DNA of 64,000 nucleotides from an uncultured Pelagibacteraceae bacterium (GTDB lineage Bacteria; Pseudomonadota; Alphaproteobacteria; Pelagibacterales; AG-422-B15): NCBI GenBank assembly GCA_902544065.1, contig CACCAS010000001.1, positions 151,088 to 215,087 of the forward strand, read 5' to 3'. Shown piece by piece: positions 59,567 to 64,000 of this stretch (position 1 is its first letter; each line of letters starts with the position of its first letter). The notes under the pieces were generated by a model. It saw only the letters and a program-made list of their open reading frames with translations, ran no database searches and was not told where the DNA came from. The position numbers and the translations under genes were made by a program.

Positions 59567-60100
59567 ATGTCAAGAGTTGGTTCAAAAGGAATAACGATAC
59601 CCGATACTGTTAAAGTAAATATGCAGGATGGTATTTTCATGGCTGAGGGCCCAATGGGGAAACTTGAATCTCCTCTAAATGAAGATATTGAAATTAATAT
59701 TGAAGAAAATATTATCAAAATGAAGCCCAAGAGTGAAAACAAATCTCTTTTGCCATTCTGGGGGTTGCAGAGAAATATTGTAAACAACATTATAGTTGGC
59801 GTAAGTGAAGGATTTTCAAAAAAATTAGAAATGAATGGTGTTGGGTATAGAGCTACTCTTAAAGGTAAAGTACTTGAATTAATGCTCGGTTTTAGTCATC
59901 CAATTAATTATGACATTCCAGAGGATATTTCGGTATCTGTTGACAAGCAGAACAATATTGAAATAAAGGGTCCTAATAAACAATTAGTAGGACAAACAGC
60001 TGCAGAAATCAGATCATTTAGAGGACCTGAGCCTTATAAAGGTAAGGGAATTAAGTATGCAGACGAGTATATTAATCGAAAAGAAGGTAAGAAAAAATAA
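59567..60100 (+). CDS. rplF: 50S ribosomal protein L6
   Basis: 177 aa, MSRVGSKGITIP, conserved order. Confidence 0.96.
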   Translation: MSRVGSKGITIPDTVKVNMQDGIFMAEGPMGKLESPLNEDIEINIEENIIKMKPKSENKSLLPFWGLQRNIVNNIIVGVSEGFSKKLEMNGVGYRATLKGKVLELMLGFSHPINYDIPEDISVSVDKQNNIEIKGPNKQLVGQTAAEIRSFRGPEPYKGKGIKYADEYINRKEGKKK

Positions 60101-60447
60101 TGTCTATTTCAAGTAAACAAAAAAGATCCAATAGGATTAGATACAAACTTAAGAAGAACAATAAAGGTCTTCCAAGACTTTCTGTATTTAAATCCTCAAG
60201 ATGTCTCTATGTGCAAATAATTGATGATAATCAAGGTAAAACTATTTGCAGTGCATCATCAGTAAAGTCAGCTAAACAGAAAAACGCATGTAATATTGAA
60301 AATGCAAAAATACTTGGAGCAGAAATTGCCAAGGCCGCCAAAGAGAAGGGAATTACAAACATTTATCTTGATCGTGGACCAAATATTTATCACGGAATTA
60401 TTAAAAATATTGCAGATGAAGCAAGATCAAACGGTTTAAGTTTTTAA
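60100..60447 (+). CDS. rplR: 50S ribosomal protein L18
   Basis: 115 aa, [18 protein letters not shown]. Confidence 0.95.
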   Translation: MSISSKQKRSNRIRYKLKKNNKGLPRLSVFKSSRCLYVQIIDDNQGKTICSASSVKSAKQKNACNIENAKILGAEIAKAAKEKGITNIYLDRGPNIYHGIIKNIADEARSNGLSF

Positions 60448-60457
60448 GGAAAAAACT

Positions 60458-60994
60458 ATGAATAAAGAAAATAAAAATAGAGATAAAGATCAAAACGGTG
60501 TTGAAATAAAAGATAAGCTAGTTGCAATTAATAGAGTGACTAAGGTTGTTAAAGGTGGAAGACGCTTTGGTTTTGCGGCATTAGTAGTTGCAGGAGATGA
60601 GTCAGGAAAAGTCGGGTTTGGTCATGGAAAAGCCAAAGAGGTTCCAGAAGCAATAAAGAAGGCCACTGATTCAGCAAAAAAGACGCTTATTAAAGTGCCC
60701 CTTAGAGAGGGTAGAACACTGCATCATGATATAGTTGGCGCACATGGTTCATCCAAAGTAGTTATGAGATCTGCTCCATCCGGTACAGGGATAATTGCTG
60801 GTGGTTCAGTGAGAGCAGTATTTGAACTACTTGGAGTTCAAGATATAGTCGCAAAATCTGTTGGAAGTACTAATCCATACAACATTATAAGAGCTGCTGT
60901 TGATGGCTTAAAAAATCAAAAATCACCTAAAATAATAGCTGCAAGAAGAAGTAAAAAAGTTGGCAATATCACCTCAGCGAGAGAATCATCATGA
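60458..60994 (+). CDS. rpsE: 30S ribosomal protein S5
   Basis: 178 aa, [24 protein letters not shown]. Confidence 0.97.
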   Translation: MNKENKNRDKDQNGVEIKDKLVAINRVTKVVKGGRRFGFAALVVAGDESGKVGFGHGKAKEVPEAIKKATDSAKKTLIKVPLREGRTLHHDIVGAHGSSKVVMRSAPSGTGIIAGGSVRAVFELLGVQDIVAKSVGSTNPYNIIRAAVDGLKNQKSPKIIAARRSKKVGNITSARESS

Positions 60995-61173
60995 GTAAGA
61001 AAATAAAAATTACTCTAACAAAAAGTACAATTGGTTCTCAAAAAGATCAGATTGCAACTGTAAGAGGTTTAGGTTTAAGAAAATTAAATGGCCACGTGAT
61101 ACTTGATTCTACTCCTGCAATTAGTGGAATGGTAAAAAAAGTTGAGCATTTAATTAAAACGGAAGAGCAATAA
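60991..61173 (+). CDS. rpmD: 50S ribosomal protein L30
   Basis: 60 aa, [26 protein letters not shown]. Confidence 0.94.
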   Translation: MSKKIKITLTKSTIGSQKDQIATVRGLGLRKLNGHVILDSTPAISGMVKKVEHLIKTEEQ

Positions 61174-61174
61174 A

Positions 61175-61639
61175 ATGAAATTAAATGAAGTAGTAAAACA
61201 TAGTTTTTATAGATCAAAGAAAAGAGTAGGAAGAGGTATTGGATCAGGAAAAGGTAAGACGTCAGGAAGCGGACATAAAGGACAAAAAGCTAGGTCAGGG
61301 GTAGCAATAAATGGTTTTGAAGGTGGCCAAATGCCACTTCATAGAAGACTTCCTAAATTTGGCTTCAAAAACTTTGCAAAGAAAAATTATTATGAATTGA
61401 ATTTAGATTCAATTCAAAAACTAATAGATAAGAATTCTATAAAAGAAGATCAGTCGATTAATATTCCTCTTTTAAAAAAGTTAGGAATAATAAAAAATAA
61501 AGATAAAAGATTTCTTAAAATTCTTGGCAAAGGTGAGCTAAAAGCAAAAAATCCTATTGAGTGTGTGAAAGTTACAAAATCAGCTGAGGATAAGATAAAA
61601 AAGCTTGGTATAGAACTAAAGATCAATCAAGGAAAATAG
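61175..61639 (+). CDS. rplO: 50S ribosomal protein L15
   Basis: 154 aa, GRGIGSGKGKTSGSGHKGQKARSG. Confidence 0.96.
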   Translation: MKLNEVVKHSFYRSKKRVGRGIGSGKGKTSGSGHKGQKARSGVAINGFEGGQMPLHRRLPKFGFKNFAKKNYYELNLDSIQKLIDKNSIKEDQSINIPLLKKLGIIKNKDKRFLKILGKGELKAKNPIECVKVTKSAEDKIKKLGIELKINQGK

Positions 61640-61644
61640 TTATA

Positions 61645-62976
61645 ATGGCATCAGCTGCTGAAAAATTAGCATCTAACTTTAATTTTAGCGTATTTTCGAA
61701 AGCTACAGAACTGAAACGAAGAATTTGGTTTACTTTAGGGGCTTTAATTATTTATAGATTCGGCACCTACATTCCACTACCTGGAATTGATATAGAGCAA
61801 TTGAAATTACTTGTGGAAACAAACCAAAGTGGAATACTTGGAATGTTTGACGTTTTTGCAGGTGGTGCAATAAGCCGTATGGCCATATTTGCATTAGGAA
61901 TCATGCCATATATATCTTCTTCAATCATAATGCAGCTGATGACGAGTGTGTCGCCGCACCTAGCCAACCTTAAAAAAGAGGGCGAACCTGGAAGACGTAA
62001 AATTACTCAATATACAAGATATGGAACAGTAATATTAGCGCTTCTTCAGGGATATGGTATCTCAGTAGGCCTTGAATCAGCTGGTAAAGTTGTAACAGAT
62101 CCTGGCCTATTCTTTAGGTTATCGACTACGATTACCTTAACAGGTGGAACGGTATTTTTAATGTGGCTTGGTGAGCAAATTACAAGTCGTGGTATAGGAA
62201 ATGGTATTTCCTTAATAATATTTTCAGGAATTGTAGCTGAAATTCCAAGCGCTCTTATTAATACTATGACCTTGGGAAGGCAGGGAACTATATCCACAAT
62301 CACATTATTAATCTTATTAATAATGATTATTGCAATCGTAGTTTTCATTGTTTTTATGGAAAGAGCTCAAAGAAGGTTGATAGTTCAATACCCAAAAAGA
62401 CAAATGGGCAATAAAATGTTTGCTGGTGATAGTTCTCATTTACCCTTAAAACTTAATACTGCTGGAGTAATACCTGCAATTTTTGCATCTTCAATACTAT
62501 TACTTCCAATAACCATTGCAAATTTTAATGTATCAGCTGAGCCTGGACTTTTAAATGATATTGCGGCTCTTTTAGGCAGAGGACAACCTGCCTATATGTT
62601 ACTTTATGCTTCTGCAATAATCTTTTTTGCTTTTTTCTATACTTCAATTGTTTTTAATCCGACTGAAACTGCAGATAATCTTAAAAGGCAAGGTGGATTT
62701 ATTCCCGGAATACGCCCTGGAGAAAAAACAGCTGAGTATATTGATTTTGTCCTTTCTAGAATCACAACCATAGGTGCAATGTATTTAGCTTTCGTTTGTA
62801 TTTTGCCAGAAATATTAATATCTCAATATTCAATTCCTTTTTATCTAGGAGGTACATCCCTACTTATTGTTGTAGTAGTGGGCATGGATACTGTAGGACA
62901 GATACAAAGTCACTTGTTTGCTTATCAGTACGAATCTCTTATCAAAAAATCGCGACTGAGAGGATCACGGCGATGA
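61645..62976 (+). CDS. secY: Preprotein translocase subunit SecY
   Basis: 443 aa with 10 TM segments, GIMPYISSSIIMQL, conserved position. Confidence 0.97.
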   Translation: MASAAEKLASNFNFSVFSKATELKRRIWFTLGALIIYRFGTYIPLPGIDIEQLKLLVETNQSGILGMFDVFAGGAISRMAIFALGIMPYISSSIIMQLMTSVSPHLANLKKEGEPGRRKITQYTRYGTVILALLQGYGISVGLESAGKVVTDPGLFFRLSTTITLTGGTVFLMWLGEQITSRGIGNGISLIIFSGIVAEIPSALINTMTLGRQGTISTITLLILLIMIIAIVVFIVFMERAQRRLIVQYPKRQMGNKMFAGDSSHLPLKLNTAGVIPAIFASSILLLPITIANFNVSAEPGLLNDIAALLGRGQPAYMLLYASAIIFFAFFYTSIVFNPTETADNLKRQGGFIPGIRPGEKTAEYIDFVLSRITTIGAMYLAFVCILPEILISQYSIPFYLGGTSLLIVVVVGMDTVGQIQSHLFAYQYESLIKKSRLRGSRR

Positions 62977-63551
62977 ATATAGTTTTGTTTGGACCCCCGG
63001 GTGCCGGCAAAGGAACTCAAGCAAAGTTGATATGTGAAAAATATTTTCTTAATCATCTTTCAACAGGTGATTTATTAAGAAAAGAAAGCAGTAAAGAAAC
63101 AAGTTTAGGTATTCAAATAAAAAATACAATAAATGATGGTAAATTAGTATCGAATGAAACGACGATTGAATTGATAAAGCAATTCATAGCTGAGAATAAA
63201 AATAATAAGAAAGGCTTCTTGTTTGATGGCTTCCCAAGAAATAAAAAACAGGCTGAGTTACTCGACCATTTAATGGTAAGTATTAATGAAAAAATACTCT
63301 GTGTAATTTTGCTTAATGTCAACGAAGATGTATTAAAGGAAAGAATTATGAATAGAAGTACAACAGAAGGTCGATCTGATGATAATTTGGAAACATTATC
63401 TAAGAGACTACATACTTATTCTTCTGAAACAGAGCCTTTAATCGAATACTATTCTTCCCAGAATCTTGTCAGAAAAGTTCTCGGAACAGGAGCAATAAGT
63501 GATATAAATCAAGGTATTAGCTCTCATATAGAGGCCTCTTTAAATGCTTGA
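62973..63551 (+). CDS. adk: Adenylate kinase (short-lid type)
   Basis: Start set to the ATG at 62973 (MNIVLFGPPGAGKGTQ), overlapping the secY stop as ATGA. The ORF-track start at 62796 lies inside secY. Confidence 0.94.
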   Translation: MNIVLFGPPGAGKGTQAKLICEKYFLNHLSTGDLLRKESSKETSLGIQIKNTINDGKLVSNETTIELIKQFIAENKNNKKGFLFDGFPRNKKQAELLDHLMVSINEKILCVILLNVNEDVLKERIMNRSTTEGRSDDNLETLSKRLHTYSSETEPLIEYYSSQNLVRKVLGTGAISDINQGISSHIEASLNA

Positions 63552-63614
63552 CCAATTGATCAATAATCATATAATCCCGCATTCTCTCAATAATTCTTTT
63601 TTTAGGTTCTAATC

Positions 63615-63992
63615 ATGGCAAGGATTGCTGGTATAAACATTCCAACACAAAAGAAGCTAAAAATAGCACTTACATATGTATACGGTATTGGCAACAAGGT
63701 TTCTAATGATATTTGTTTAAAAGCAAATGTAGACTCAAATGCAAGAGTTCAAGATTTATCAGAGTCAGAAATTAAAAATATATCAGATGTCATATCTTCC
63801 TCATTTTTAGTTGAAGGTGATTTAAGAAGAGAAGTTTCAGGTAATATTAAAAGATTAAAAGATCTAGGAACTTATAGAGGTGTAAGGCATAGAAGAAATT
63901 TACCTTGTAGAGGTCAAAGAACTCACACTAACGCTCGTACAAAAAAAGGTAAAGCAATAGCGATTGCGGGTAAGAAGAAAGTTACTAAATAA
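63615..63992 (+). CDS. rpsM: 30S ribosomal protein S13
   Basis: 125 aa, [31 protein letters not shown]. Confidence 0.97.
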   Translation: MARIAGINIPTQKKLKIALTYVYGIGNKVSNDICLKANVDSNARVQDLSESEIKNISDVISSSFLVEGDLRREVSGNIKRLKDLGTYRGVRHRRNLPCRGQRTHTNARTKKGKAIAIAGKKKVTK

Positions 63993-64000
63993 TTATGGCT

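Overview
AT-rich 64-kb bacterial window. The core gene order (tRNA-Tyr, tRNA-Gly, tuf, tRNA-Trp, secE-nusG-rplKAJL-rpoBC, then rpsL-rpsG-fusA-S10-spc operons, secY-adk-rpsM) and an alpha-type EF-Tu suggest a streamlined, probably marine, alphaproteobacterium; this is inference only. There are three blocks. (1) 1-11.9 kb holds the 3' end of a Cys/Thr-rich extracellular-type ORF, a complete and very AT-rich type II secretion cluster gspC-D-E-F-G-H-I-J-K-L-M on the minus strand, and a divergent prepilin peptidase. (2) 11.9-35.9 kb is a type IVa pilus region bracketed by pieces of one tRNA-Thr(UGU) gene: a degenerate 3' fragment, an intact gene and a perfect 5' half. It contains eight head-to-tail pilin paralogues followed by a second prepilin peptidase. 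It also contains a minus-strand pilT-fimU-pilV-pilW-pilX-pilY1 operon, a plus-strand pilMN(fused)-pilO-pilP-pilQ-pilB-pilC operon, and three more pilin genes. (3) 36-64 kb is ordinary, tightly packed translation and transcription core: rlmB-like methyltransferase, three tRNAs, tuf, 31 ribosomal protein genes, rpoB/C, fusA, secE/Y, nusG, adk. The most interesting signal is the 11-member pilin family. The eight arrayed copies share a nearly invariant, GC-rich-codon 5' module at about 500-bp periodicity, joined to mutually unalignable 3' domains. The whole pilus region lies between tRNA-Thr-derived repeats, with paired GGGMCACC motifs just inside each end and no integrase visible. Secondary points are unusual domain architectures: an apparent propeller-like insertion in the pilY1 vWA domain, a discoidin-like insert in pilW, a pilM-pilN fusion and a lipobox on pilQ. 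All family assignments come from reading motifs in the translations; no database search was possible.
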